Shown here in pieces: positions 42,530-57,515 of a stretch of 64,000 bases of DNA. Below the pieces are notes generated by a model that saw nothing but the letters and a program-made list of their open reading frames with translations, made no database searches and was not told where the DNA came from. Numbering within the stretch: the first letter of the stretch is position 1; every line of letters starts with the position of its first letter. The position numbers and the translations under genes are program-made. Source of the DNA: Chrysomallon squamiferum (lineage: Eukaryota > Animalia > Mollusca); NCBI GenBank assembly GCA_012295275.1, contig CM022668.1:1674001-1738000 (forward strand), given 5' to 3'.

Positions 42530-43183
42530 TTTGGAATCTGTTTTTGCATTCCGTGCTCTTGTCAGAAGACAATCTTCCAAAAATGTATTTCAACATCTAA
42601 AGGAGTTAGAAATGACTAAGAAACTTCCATCTGACAAAAAACCTGAATTTCCACAACATGCTATTCCAAATAAGTTAAACAAAAGACGCAATCGTTTGGA
42701 ACGGTACCATACTCAGCCTGTCACTGCTGATGAACTAAACGCCATTCCTGAAGGTCAGGAGTCACCGATGAATTCTAACTTCAGATCCCTGGTGAAGAAT
42801 GACTCAAAGGCAGATTCTGGAATTCTTTCTGGCTCTGAGGTGGAAATGTCCAGCCCAGACTGCTTGCAGAGCTTCAGTTTAGATATGGACAACAATGAGA
42901 ATGATCCTGTATCTTTGAGCGTCTCAGCAAAGACTTCAATATTCCGCCAGATGGAAGAGAAAACAAAGGCAGAGAAAGACAAGTACAAAGCCTCGGCCAG
43001 TGGCGCCAAGCGCTACATAGACCGCAAACGTCGAGAGCGGATTAGAACACAGCCAGTTACTGAGGACGAGGTGAAAACAGCTTCAGAGATTGCTGAAAGA
43101 ACAGAAAATGAGAAGAAGCCGGATGTTGCGAACAGATCACAGAGTGTTGAGTCTGAGACAGAAAATAGTGATGAGTTAGCTGG
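42530..43183 (+). CDS. SVIL: Supervillin exon with two TQPVT motifs and LSVSAKTSIFRQME
   Basis: ttttcag| acceptor and TGG|gtaagc donor; 654 nt, phase 2-2. Confidence 0.93.
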
Positions 43184-43605
43184 GTAAGCTGTATTGAGAT
43201 TGGTATCTGTTCCTCAGTCGCCATGTCTGCTTTCTCTGTTGCATGTTCCAAGGGTTTGGTGTTAGTGTGTCCATTTTGGTTATAGATTATAAAAAAAAAT
43301 TGTTTTCGTTTTATCTTTATTTTGTATCTTTTGTTTCCTGTACAAATATTTTAAAAATTTACAGATATAAAGGCTTTGTACAATAAAAGTAAAGTTAAAA
43401 AAAGTGATTCTGATTAAAAATTCTTATTTTAGTTCATCCATTTTATTTATTTATTTATATATTTATTTTTTTATTTATATTCAGTCTTCAGTTAATTAAC
43501 TTTTGATCAGTTTCAGTTATTTAATTATTTTGTTTTATTTTATTTTTGGGGTATAAATATTAATCTAAGTTTGCCTCACAGTTGCTTTGCATTTCTCTTT
43601 AAAAT

Positions 43606-43688
43606 ATATAACTTTTTTAATAATCATTTTCTTTATTATTAGAACTATATAAACTTTTTTAATAATCATTTTCTTTATTATTAGAACT
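43606..43688. repeat. Tandem duplication, about 42 bp
   Basis: aacttttttaataatcattttctttattattagaact occurs twice. Confidence 0.85.
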
Positions 43689-46600
43689 TTTTTTTATCTG
43701 AAAACTAGTGATTTACATAAATTTATTTCAGATTTATACCTTTATGATTTCTATTAAAATGAACAATAATTTATTATTTGTATTCATTAATATTTAAAAA
43801 ATATATTTTCATTCAAAAAATGAAAAATTGTTCATCTTCAGAAAGGTCTTTTTTTTTCTGTTTCTTTTATCTCTTTTTTGTTTTATATATGTAAATTTTA
43901 TTAAAATTATTTCTTTTTTTTTTTTTTTTTATGTTTCATAGTTAAAGACTGATTATTTAAATTCTGTTGTATTCTGATAGGAAATATCTTGAAGATAATA
44001 TCAAAAATGGCATCAGATACAAAATAAATGATTTTACATTTACTTTGTTTTATTTGCTATTGTTATTATCTTTTTTCTTTATTATTTTATTTTATTGTTA
44101 TTTTGTTGTGTAAAATTTTAATTTTGTTTTAACCTTGGTACTGTTGTTTGAATGTTGATTTTTTGATGACTGATTATGTTTAATGCTTGGAAGTTACTTG
44201 TAAGTTTGCAGTAGATAATTACAGACTGCTTGGTTTTCTCTGGCTTACTAATGTGACCCATTTCATTAACAACTGTTTAGTTAGTGTTCTAATAACAATA
44301 TAGTTTAATGCTTTATTATACAGTAGTATACATGCCTATAGGAGGTGACAATTGTTAGAAAATCAATCTTAGAATAATTTTTTTTTTTTTAAATTTAATT
44401 TAATATAAAACATTTGCATACCTTAAATGCACACCATTTGTTATACTGTATTTTGCACACACACACACTATGTATATATATATATATAAATACAAAAATG
44501 TTAAAGATGACTATATTGATAGGTTTGTAGTAAGAATATTTTTTGAGATTTGAATTTTCAGACAGCAAATTCCATTGATCTTTATTTTAAAATCCTATGG
44601 GCATGACAATCCTACTAACAGAATATATACCATTGTACTCTAGTATCTATTTGTACATATAAATATATATCTATATAGGTACATTTATAAACATCTTGTC
44701 ATAATTAAGTTTTGTATTATGTTTTATATTTCAGATGTTTTGTTTATGTACAGTTACTGTTTCGGTATAGCATTATCAACAGCTGTAATGACAAAAAAAA
44801 AAAAAGATCAATAATAATAATAATAATAATAATAAAAAGTATCTTAGCCAAAAAAAAATCTGCTATACATTCCATCACTTTTTAAAGTTGTATGTAATGT
44901 AAACTATCTGATTATGTGGGGGGGGGGGGTTTGACACTTTTATTTACAATTTTTTTTATTACTTTACCATACTGGTAATTTATAAAACAATTTAAATATA
45001 GGATTAATGCTTTCTGATTCTTTTTGAAAGAACATTTTGTTTTTGTCTGTCTCTCCATTTTTCAGTTGTTTTTTTTTAATGAAAAATGAGACAGATAGAC
45101 AAAACAAAAACTATCTTAACATTATCCATCTTTTGTTTTTATCTCGATATTTTTCACGTTCCTTTTAATAAACCTCTTTTGTCTTCTTCCTTATTTTCCA
45201 GGCTTTTCTGCAATTAAATAACCATTGTACTTTTATTATAGAATTATTAACAATATTACTTCTTATATGTCAAAAGATTATTTTGTTCACAATCATGAAT
45301 TTGCTTCTAAAATATATTTTATATGTAATTTTATATGTATGCTAATGTGATGGAATGTATAGATATGTGAATGTCATAAACGTTTAGATAAGATCAGTAA
45401 CGTCCATTTAGGAATTTTAAAATCCTCTTTCTTAAATAAATCAAAGAGTATATGTGACTACTCTTGCCCTTCTTGTCAAGTCAGCATATATGAGGACATA
45501 AAAAATTCCTCAAAGTTTGTTAAGGCAAAATATTTCCATGCTAACAGGCAGAGTTTGAAACTGTGACATGAACTGCTAAACCTGTTTCTACACAGATCTA
45601 ACTGACCATGAAGTAACCTGTTCTTTTAAAACTTCATCTGTCATCATATTTTTTATCATAACAAACAGTCAAAAACCATACAAACACATTTATGTAAGTA
45701 TACATAAATTATATATATATATGTGTGTGGGGTGTATCTATATATATTCGTATATAATACTACGTAAATACATACATACATAGATAAATGCACACTCACA
45801 AACACACACACACAAACACACACACATACATACATACATATACACATATGTATGTATGTAAATACTGATACATGTGAACATACACATGAACAATACACAC
45901 ATTTCTGAATATGTAACAGAAAAAAAAACGACCATAACTTCCTATAAGAATCTTTCAACGAACAACATTATATTATAAGTATTTTAAACTTGCTTGACTG
46001 AATAGCTGGTTCAGAAAGATGAGATTGTTTGATGTGTTACCTATCCAAATATAGCCACTACTGTAGTGATTTTGTCAACAGGATATCACTGAAGCATGTC
46101 TTATTCTGAATTTAAAGTCTTGCATGAATAGACCCAGTCATTTTTTGTTTTTAAAGATTTCCAAGTAAATCTTACACTGAACTTCAGTAAATCTGTGATG
46201 TGGGTGATTCAAAGCACATGAATGTTCATCAGTTCTCAGTGTTGTTACTGAACATACCTGTCCAGATTAAATCAAAACAAACATTACTCACACTGAAAGG
46301 ATGTGATAATCTCTAGTCTTCTTCATGTAAGATAATAATGTTTAAAAAAAAAAAAAAAAAAAAAAAGTAAAAAAACAACAAAAAAGTTGTTTATTTTTGT
46401 GTTTGTCTAGATCCAGACATTGTAGATTGGTATGTCACTGTGTATAAAATATTTATTCAGTGAAAAATCAGACATCTCTACTATCAGGCATTACTGAAGT
46501 AATAATTACTGAATACTCTTTTCAAATTTTATCTCTTTCTTAACCATATCAGAGTTGAACTATTCATAACATAAAGCAAAGAAAGATAATTATCAGTCAC

Positions 46601-46988
46601 CTTTAGAACATTTGATATTTTTTTTTTTTCACATCCAAATCAGATATATACATAAATAGAATATCTATATACTTACCTATTATATATGTATGTGTATGTA
46701 TATTTGTGATAGGATCTATAATGGGATCATGAACAATCTTAAAAAATATTATCCTTATTGTGAGAGCTTAAACTGTTTGGTCAAATCAAATGATTTTATA
46801 ACATGAATATTTATTTTATGATGGGGAAGAGTCACAGAAACAGCTTTTATAAAGAAATTAATCAGGCAAAAATGTGACACCTGCAATATCTGATCAAATT
46901 TTTTCAGGTGTAGTTTACCTGTATGACCTAGATCAGCTGTCTTTAAACACTTTGTTGTGTTTATCGGTGTTGTTGTTTGTCGTTGCAG

Positions 46989-47115
46989 TCTCAGTGTGGT
47001 GGAGAAGGTGAGGCTGTTCAGTGAGAGCAAGGCAAAGAAGGACGAGGCAGTGAAACACGATGTCCCCGTACCCCGCAGACGTGCACGCAAACAGGCAACA
47101 CGCTTTGCTACACAG
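46989..47115 (+). CDS. SVIL: Supervillin exon (LSVVEKVRLF...TRFATQ)
   Basis: ttgcag| acceptor and CAG|gtaaca donor; phase 2-0; the TQ|PVT motif is split by the following intron. Confidence 0.9.
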
Positions 47116-48910
47116 GTAACATCCTTTCTGATAAACCCGCCTGCTTACAAATAGGTGTGTGACAAATTCTTTTTTACAATGACTGTAGACTGCATTTTAT
47201 TAAAACTGTTAATCTGTTTTATACGTATTAACATGGGTACATTATGTACATAAAATAGTTTTATATTGAATGCTGGTAGTCTTTGCAGGGTAAATATATT
47301 ATAAGTCAATTGAAATAATCTGTGACAACTTAATATTTTATAGGCTGTGGATAATAATCTATAGGATGTTAATATAATAATAGTCTAAGGATGATTATAA
47401 TATGTAGCCTAGGAATAATTAAAATATAGACTGAGTAATAGCCTGCATTACTATGGTGTCTGTACAATATACTGAATAATAGTCTATTAGATATTACTGG
47501 CTGTAGCTAATTGTCAGTGCAGTAACCTGATGTTGCAGCATTATAGTATGTACAAGTTATGATACAGACTGGAATAATGGCCAATCTGTTATATACATAC
47601 ACACATATATTTTAAACAGTACTTGTCATGGTATGAATACATCATCTTAAAAAAAATTAAATTAAAAGTTCTTTATACTTATAAGTTATTATTTTATTTA
47701 GTTTCAGTGATGTAATCACTTAATAACAAATTATAACAATAGAATAATACTGTTTATAATTATAAATTAAAACTGGATGGCAAAACCCAAATAAAACATA
47801 ACTTAAAAGTTTAGAAAATATATTTAAACTATTTCTTCATATCATCATTTTTGTCATTGATATTAACCTTTAAGAATTTCTTGATTTGCTAATGATACAC
47901 AGTTCTGCAGAATGTAAAATACATTTTCTTTTCACGTATGCTGTATAAAATGATAATTTGTTTTACAGCATGGACATTCCATTGACATTGTAAGAATACT
48001 GCTCAGATATTACTTACGCAATTAAATGTGTTTTTGTGTTAATTCAGTTTTTTATTTTTATTTTATTTTATTTTGTTGCTTTGGTTTTAGCCATTGTTTT
48101 AAGTTCAGTTTAAAGACATTGGATAAAAATGAAATTCTTTTTTGTTGAATGGAAAATAACAATTTACTTGATATATTTCTGTCAGGAAGAAAAGAAAATG
48201 TTTGACAAATATCCACTTCAATGTTGTGGATAATAAACACTTGCTATAATCTATGACCTGTTAGATATAGATGATACTGTACAAATAAGCATGGCTTTCA
48301 GCCTATTTTGTTTTGTTCTTGCATTTGGTTTAATGTCACAAAACAGTGTTCATTAGTTAATTTTACTGATTTATAAAATGTAAAATATACTGATTTCCGA
48401 ATGCAGCATTTAAATTTGTGATAATGTGAACTGTAATATTTCATGTTCTGTTGTATATAGCTTCATTGCTTTTACAAGGAATAGTTTAATTACAGAATTA
48501 TGTATTGTGTGTTTAGCAGAAATGTGTAAAAATATCACTGCACATTTGTCTCCAGTATTATTTTTGTTATTATTATTTTTGGTGTTGTTGGAATTTATTT
48601 AGATTGTAATTTAAAATATTATTACATGACAAAAAGATATTTTGTTGTTGTAATAAAGTTTAATGTATTAAATTACTTTGATTTGCTGGATTCTCTTGAA
48701 AGAGGAGTTGAATATGTAAATATGTGTATTAGTAATCAGTATCACTCAAATCCAGATATTTCAAGATGTAATGAACATTAATAGAAAAGGTTTAAATATA
48801 ACTATAATAATAATAAAAAAAAAAAAAAAAAAATACCTCAGTATTTTGCATTTTAAGCTGAAAAAGCATAGTATTCAAAATCAATTAATTTTTGTTTTTA
48901 TTATTTCCAG

Positions 48911-49121
48911 CCTGTAACAACAGAGGAAGTAGTAAAAGCTGCTTCTTTGAACCGAGTATCCCCATTGGCTGCCACTCTTATCAAACCTCCTGAACCAGAC
49001 ATCTTACAAGGTCTTCCATTGGCTGCTCAGAGAGAACTCATAGTTCTTCATGCCCAGCAGTGTTTATCACAGCCAAGCTCAAGAAGATCATCATTTGGTG
49101 ACATGGACCAGATTTCTAAAG
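48911..49121 (+). CDS. SVIL: Supervillin exon (PVTTEEVVKAA...DQISK)
   Basis: tttccag| acceptor and AAAG|gtatca donor; phase 0-1; completes TQPVTTEEV. Confidence 0.87.
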
Positions 49122-49516
49122 GTATCATGGGAAACTATATTAATGTTCGTAATTTGCAATGTTTTATATTTTACCTGTATTACAATAAAAAACAGTGTTT
49201 TCAAAATATTATAAAAATAAAAAATATAAATAGGATAAAAATCATTTTGAAATGCAAATAAAATTTAAAGAAGTAAATACCAAGTTGAGAAACAAAATTA
49301 AAACATTAATAATGCAATTTTTTTTTTCTAAAAATGTGTATAAAATATTTATAATATATAAAATTTATAATACATATATAACATATAACAATATAGAAAG
49401 TTCACTTAAAGTTTATAATATAATAAGGCATAAATTCAGTTTTAACATAAAATTAATATTTTACCATTAATTTGTATTATCATTTAGAGCAGCACCTGAA
49501 TAATTTATATGATAGC

Positions 49517-49580
49517 ATTAAATTGTATTATAGCATATAATACATATTATTAAATTGTATTGTAGCATATAATACATTAT
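49517..49580. repeat. Tandem duplication, about 31 bp, just upstream of an acceptor
   Basis: attaaattgtattRtagcatataatacattat occurs twice. Confidence 0.85.
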
Positions 49581-49599
49581 CTTTCTTATATGTCTTCAG

Positions 49600-50329
49600 A
49601 AGATAGCTCAAAGGAAGCTGACTCAAAGGAAACACAAGTGAAGGACAGTCCAGAAGTGAAAGGAATCCTGAAACACCAAGTGTCTCACCAGAGTCCAGAT
49701 CATGATGTTAAGAGTATCCTCAAGACTGAGAAGGACAAAAAGGACAGCCAAGAGCCAAAGAGCATCCTGAAACGATCAGAAGCAGATGAGTCAAGTCAGA
49801 AACAAACTGAGCTTGTTGGAAAGGGAATTCTCAAACACTCACACAGTCTTTCCAAATCCCTTGATGGAACCTCAAAAGGAATTCTGAAAGCTTCAGATCT
49901 GCAGACGTCCCCAGTGCTAGAATCAAATCTGAAACACTCATTGAAACAGGTGGATTCAAAACTGAGCAGCTCTGAGAACAGTCTGAATAGAGGTATTCTG
50001 AAATCTGGAGGTGCTTTTGACAATCTGAACAGTAATGCAAACTGTGAGATTGGATCTGGTGATAAAAAACATGATTTAATTTCTCCTCAGACAAAAAGTC
50101 CCATGCATAAAGAAAGTGTTAAAGAAAAACAGACAGACAGTTCAGAGGATTTGGAACAAAAGAATGATGAGAATAATCATCAAGAGGTCACAGAGGTCAC
50201 ATCAGAGACTGTGTTCTATATATCTGATTCTTCTTCACCAGAAAAGGAGACAACTCCTGAAAGATCATCAGAAAGTACTTCAGTCAAAAGAAAATCAAGA
50301 TTTCAGGATCGAAAATCTCAGGGAGAAAG
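49600..50329 (+). CDS. SVIL: Supervillin exon with repeated [GS]ILK motifs
   Basis: tcttcag| acceptor and AAG|gtcagt donor; phase 1-2; ORF 49590-50339. Confidence 0.9.
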
Positions 50330-50512
50330 GTCAGTGTAAAAATAATTAAAAATAATATTTTTATATTTCTTTCCTACTTTTTTCTCCCCTTTTCTTTTCT
50401 TTTTTTTTTGTTGAATTTAAAAAAGTTATAAATCTTCTGCAACACTGAAGCACTTGAAGTTTCAGTGACTTTCCATTTGGGTAAATCTTTTTTCTTTTAC
50501 TATTGTTATTAA

Positions 50513-50546
<34 letters not shown>

Positions 50547-51497
50547 AATAATAATTTATGCTTTATATAAATATAATTTTTTTTTTTAAACTTTTTACCT
50601 TTTTTGTAAAAATAAAGTGCAGGACAATAATCCATTATCCATTCCTATAGAAGTGTTGATAGAACTACCCTTTACATCATTTTAGCATGACAAATTACAA
50701 AGCAGATCTATATTTAATTAATTTTTATACAGGTTGATTATTGAGAAATATTTCTGTAAGTGTTGTAAAAAAAACATGGAAACTTATCATTTTTACTTCT
50801 TTTGTACAGATCTTTGAAATGGTGTGTTAATTCTGATAAAATGTTATGCGAGCTACTAATTTTTGTCATCATTATGATTTGTTAATTCATTGGTAAAATT
50901 GACATTCTTTAAATTTATTGGGTTCTTTTTACTTTTCAAATGTTAATACATTAAAAAGAAAACTGGAAAATGTCTTACCTGGAAAAGAAATAATCCATTA
51001 GGTACACAAACGGTTTAAGACATCTGCTAGTTAAACTGATCTTAGATGTGTTCAGAATAAAGTATTTATTTTTAAATTAATTTATTGAAACTGTGTTAGT
51101 AATATTATTCTCTAATGACTAGAACATTTTTTTTTAATAAATGTATTAAGTAAACTGAAAGTAAGAGATGTTTGTGTTTCTAAGAGACTAATTAAAATAC
51201 TAGACATTTTGTTTTTTTTGTCCAAGTTATGTGTACTTACAATACTGATAAATTATTGTGTCTTGTATAGAATACAGATAATTCAGTTAAAATTCAGCAG
51301 TCTTTAAAGGTGGACATGGAGAAAAATTCAGAAACCAATTAAATTATTATTCTGCTGATAAACAATATTCCATGATTAAATGTGAGGGATAGTTAACAGC
51401 AGATGTGTTTATGTTTATTATCTGTATTTATGGAAAATTTATTAACATTTTCCATAAAACTAACTTCATTTTGTACATTTCCATATTTTATTCCAGT

Positions 51498-51550
51498 AAT
51501 AATAATAATAATAATAATAATAAAATAATAATAATAATATTAATAATAGT

Positions 51551-51608
<58 letters not shown>
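51498..51608. repeat. Interrupted (AAT)n microsatellite
   Basis: Read directly. Confidence 0.92.
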
Positions 51609-54600
51609 TGTATACATAATGTATCTGTGTAATCTCTGTAGTGATCTGCCTACCTGTATGCATACATACATGTATTTCTATGTGTGTATATATGTATGAT
51701 TGTATATGTTTAGGTTTGTTTATGTAAAGTACATAGTATTGCCTTAATATATCATTTGTTCCCAAAACCCAGTTCCATAAGTAATACAAGTATGTATACC
51801 CAATTCCCCTAACCAGTTGAGTCATACAAGTAATTAACCTCCTCACTTAGTAATTAAAGAATGTGATGGTATTAATGATTAAAGAACCAGGATGTTTGCA
51901 GAAGGTTATCACACACGTAATTGCAGTTGAAAGAGTTCAATTAAATAAAGCTGTTAACAGCGGAAACAAGCATTTACAGTGTAATCAGAGTACAGCAGCT
52001 CCTAATGAACAGTCCTAGACTTCATGCTGGTCACTTCTGATATATATATTATTGGTTTTTTTATATATATATATATACACACACACACACTCACACACAC
52101 ACACACCCATACATGCATACACACACACAAATACACACGCACATTATTCATTTTTTAAATTCTTATATATATATATATATATGTAATAATGATAAAAAAA
52201 AACATAAATGAAATAAAATAATAATAATAAAAATATAAATAAACAAATAAAATGGAAAGATACATATGATAAAATATCTCCTTCCTAATAAAAACTCTTT
52301 GATACTAGGTTTCATATCAATATAAAGGAAAACAAAAAATTTGAGTTAACATAAGACCTGATAGTCTAGAAAATGAATAGGTCTAACTAAACATGCATTG
52401 AATGTTAGACACATAATCCAGATTTGTTCATGTATTTTATTAAAGTTTATGTTGAATATTACAAATTGAAATTTGTCTTTCTTAGTTGACATCTATCAAT
52501 CTCTTAACACCTCTTTTCTTTCTCTTATTTTGTTTCATTATTATTATTTTTTATCATTTGTTTGTCTGCATTTTTTGTAATTAAATTTAATATATTTATG
52601 TTAGAACAATAGTTTTGCAATTAACATCCAAACAGTGTGTGCATGTGGGTATCATCAAGTAATCATTAACTTCTGTCATAAAATGAACTTGGATCTTTAG
52701 TGTTTGGATTATGCAGTATTTTGGGAGATTACTTTATCAGTATATATATAAATTAGACTTTTCCCACTGGCTTATTACATAATTATAATAACTGAATAAA
52801 ATGAAAACCATACCCATGTTAAATATTTTAAACATGACTGACATGGTTTCAGTATAGTTGTAAATATTAAAAATAACAGGAAATAACCCTAGTGATGGTA
52901 ATTTTTCAACTGTAAGTAGGTTTAAATTAAACACAATTTTATATACATTGTTTCCTGCATTAATTACTAGCTTGACATGACATACCTGAACCAGTGAAAA
53001 CAGCAGTACAGTCTAGTGCATTTTGTTTTCCTGTTCTTCTTATGTCCCCATTATAAATACAGGATCAGAAAAAAATAAATCATTATAATATTTAAAATTC
53101 TTCATTAGAAATATTTAAATATTTATAATTATGCTTAATGATTACAGATTTGTGGTTTGTGGTATTGTTGGATTGTTATTTTTTACCAATTAAAAACTGA
53201 TTGAGTATGAAAAAGTAAGAGTGCAATTTTCAAATTGTTCAATAACATGGTGTTTACTAATGATTCTCCAAGGTTTGCTGATTTGAGATACAGAACATTT
53301 GATTATGGTAACTTAAGAAAAAAGTAAGTAGGGTTATTATCCTTATTATTATTAATTTTTATTTAACTTCTGCTTGATTATTTTTGACTGAACTTATAAT
53401 AATTTTTCTAATTACTGGTTCATCTCTCATTGTTGTTTTATATATAGAGAGTGTGTGTGTGTGTGTGTGTAAACTTAATAATTTAATGAAGTTCTGAGTA
53501 AACATAAAGACATTGCATTTTGACAGCATACTGTGTTATGTAACCATTAGGAAAAAACACTACTTAATGATATACTTACATATGCATATTTGTGGTTTCT
53601 TTAATCTGTTAATTTTCTGTTGGTTTCAACCAGACAGAAAGTTGATTCTTTTTCTTCTTCTTCTTCTGATTATTATTATTAATAATGCATATTATTTTGT
53701 TTTCTGTTTTTTGCTTTTATTATTATTATGATTTGATAAATTGTTCACACAAACACACACATGCATAATCACTCATGCACACACAAATGTTAGTCATTAC
53801 TGGAGGTGTGTATATATACAAGTTTTTAAATCTCAGCAATAAGCCAAGCATTTAACATAATCTGAATTGGAGGCAATCTTAAGATGATTATACCAGGTAC
53901 TTACTTACCAGCATTTTATTTTTACATTTCTCTGTCAGACTAATAGCTGAGGCCTACCTAATTCAACTCAGTAGACTAAATCACATCATTAAAATGGATG
54001 AAACTATTAAACCAAATAGGGGTGAAATAGTTACCTAGAACTAATTTGTCAACTATTGATTTTGTATGATAAATTTGAATATAAATTGTCTATCCATTAA
54101 CACCTGTTTCCTCAAGTCATTAATCTACAAAGAGTTGAGAACTTTATCTGTGTTTATTCACTGGTCATTTATAAGTCAATGAAATCAACTGTAAACTTCA
54201 CTTGTACAGATATAAACTGGCTATTGTTTCCTTTCTAGCTACCCTTATACCTGACCACATATTTATACATAGTAGCAGCACAAGAAAAAGATATGTTGCT
54301 TGTAGGCATATCAATTTATTTTGAGGTGGAATACTAGTAGCACAGGATGGAGTAAAATTTAGACAATGTATTTGTCAAGGTAGGAATTGAAATTAATGAA
54401 TGTTTTATTTTTTTATTGTTGGTTTTTTTTTTTTTTTTTTTTACAACATAATGATATGTTGTTATTGCAATGTATTTTGAATTTACCTATTTAGGTAACA
54501 GCATGAACACATGGGATAAACATGTTTGTGTTTATGTTTTCATGTGTATAATAGTGTATATAAATTATTATAATTATGTGCAACTACATGTATATTAAAT

Positions 54601-55047
54601 GGTATATATGTTTAAATGGATGTAAAGAGCAGTATGAATAAAACTGATAAACTGTTATTGATTCACACTTGTGATATAAACATGTATCTTGTGTACTGAC
54701 AATATGTATTATCTAGAATATAGGGTTGTCAGACTTACTGTGTGGTGTATTGACAATACATCACATGTGATTACATGACACACGCCACACATCTGTCAAA
54801 CTGAGTAGATCCAAACAAGTACCACGATTAGTGATTCATCATTGGCTGGATTTGTCAAATATTAAAGTAATCACCAACTTCTCAGCATGATTATGTTGTC
54901 ATGGAATATAATTTAGTAGTTAACATTTTACTAAAATAAACACACACTGGTCATATCACTAATCTATATATTTATATATATATCACTTGTCTCAGCTGAG
55001 GATGTATATTATGTTATTTTGATACAGTATAAGAATTTAAAATATTA

Positions 55048-55082
55048 ATGAGCAAGATGTTAATTGTTGTGAAGAATCCCAG
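55048..55082 (+). CDS. Weak candidate alternative first exon MSKMLIVVKNP(R)
   Basis: Open from the ATG to CAG|gtaaat; phase 2 matches the 58242 acceptor. Confidence 0.3.
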
Positions 55083-56948
55083 GTAAATAATCCAGTATTA
55101 CTGATAGCTGAGACTTTTCTTTGTTTTAAATAATCTTTATTTCTGTTTGTATTAACAGATGGAATTGGTCAACAGGCATAGGCTATAAAAAAGACTTTCC
55201 CTGCATTATGCAACTGAAGTGTTAACTGGTCAACATATAAAGTACAAGATATGCATTTAGTGTTGAAGAATGTAAAACTATTGTTAACATGGCAAAATAC
55301 AAATATAAAAGAGAAATTGCTTTGCAGATGAGATTGTTTTGTAGTGTCAAGTTTATTCTTCAAGTGTGGGCTGTATCTTGGTGAATAGAGAGTAGGTCTG
55401 TTGAAGTATACAAGGCACAATCTTACTACATCAGTGTGTCACTGGGTTTCATTTCAACCACTGTCCTGTTTTTTTATAAACAAGCCTGATTTAAAGATGG
55501 TGTTTAGAAAAGGAACTTGTACATAAACTGAGGTTACATTTCAAAGGATATTATGATGTAACATGGAATAATCAGCTTAAAACAGTTATTGCTGAGAATA
55601 ATCACATTACACTTGATATCCTGATATGAAATCATTTTAAAATATGGCTTTTAAAGCTTACTGTATGTAAAAATCACTGTAAAAAACTAATCACTTCATG
55701 TGTGATGTCCTTGTATAAAGATCATTTCAAAGACTGCTATAGATACGTGTTCACCTGGACTTGGATATTCAAATGATTCACAGCTAAAACTGTCTCACAT
55801 TAATTCAGTCTTGCCCTATCTCTGAACTGTAAACCAAGTCTGATGTGTAAGGCGATATCGTTTAAGTTTTTTGAACACTTTATTTACAAGTAAACAATAG
55901 AAACTATGGTGTTTATTGTTGTTCGTAATAAAATTACGTTGTAGAATAGAAAGATGATACTTCTCTTATATGTGTTTTTCTCAGTTATGTTGTATTATTA
56001 TTTTTTAAAAACCTTTTTCTATATATTTATGTCTGTATATGAGCTTATAGTACTATATTATCTCCATATGTTTTTTAATTGTTAAACACTGACCTTATTT
56101 TTGACTTGCTAGTACATGTATCCTATTTGTGTAACATTTTTATTTTTAACTGAGAATTAATTACATACATAAAAAAAAAAAATATTATTTTTATCTTTTG
56201 CATTTGGGAACATGAATGTCTCACAGCAGGAAGATGTTATTTATGATTTTGTTTTATTTTGTAGAAAATAAAATTAATGTAATAAAATGTTTGGATTGGG
56301 ATAACCTTATCTGTTGTATTTTCTTGGATAGAAAATAGATATTAATTTATATATATATTTTTTTTTTATGTCAAATGATACTAATTTATATTTTTTTATT
56401 ACAAATTATACTGATTTTTGACTTTATTGCAATATTTGTAGTAATGTTATCTTATCTGATTAACTTGCTAGAATTTCATGTTATGAAATCATGACCATCA
56501 TCTATCCATCCATCCTATTACCATATTTAAGTAGTCTTTGTTTCCTATTCTAGTTACATGTGACTCACTGACAGTGTAAAACAGACTGGGTCACAGTTAC
56601 AAATGTGTGTTCAGTCAGCCTCGTTTCTGTGTGTGTTTTTTTGTCACAGCTGTTGATGTTATTATTTGACCATGTACACAAATATTGCCTATTAAGGTTA
56701 GTTAGATATTGTTTTGTTATGATTTATAAAACTGTCCTGTATTAAGATTTTTTGTTGTTATTGCCATATAAGAGCTTGTCGGATTTATGTTTAGTTATGA
56801 AGTAATATAAATATTTCATTTTGAATAGTCACTGCTGTGTTTATGATTTGTACTCAATCCAACTTACTCTGATCAAAATAGTTGTGATAATTTGCTTGTT
56901 CAGAAAGACTGAAAGAGGAAGAAAAGGATATAGGAAGATATAGAGGTA

Positions 56949-56953
<5 letters not shown>

Positions 56954-57020
<67 letters not shown>
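56954..57020. repeat. (GA)n microsatellite
   Basis: Read directly. Confidence 0.95.
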
Positions 57021-57022
<2 letters not shown>

Positions 57023-57432
57023 TTACATTGTTGCACTGTAGTTAAATGTATAGATGTCTGTTGTCTTTCAGGTGTGAAAATATTAACAAAAAGAGGGAAA
57101 ATAATTCTTTGAAAAAATAAATTTTAAAGTTCTGAAGCATGTTTCAGATAAAGTTTTCTAAATGTGATGTTTCTTCAGAGAAGAGTATACAAATACTTTG
57201 TGTTTCCTCACTGTTTAGATTTCTGTTTCAGTTATTAACATCATGATACCAGCACAGGTACAAATATTTGTCTCTGTCAGATTCAAATATTGATTTAACA
57301 AATTTATATTCAAATAAAGGGAGTGGTTTCTAACTGAACAGTTTGCATTGTTTCATTTTGAACTTTCAATTGATTCAGTTGCAGGTGAAAATGTTTAATA
57401 TAGATTTATTTCTTTTTTACAGTTATTTTGTA

Positions 57433-57434
<2 letters not shown>

Positions 57435-57508
<74 letters not shown>

Positions 57509-57515
57509 TAATAAT
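57435..57515. repeat. (AAT)n microsatellite
   Basis: Read directly. Confidence 0.95.
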
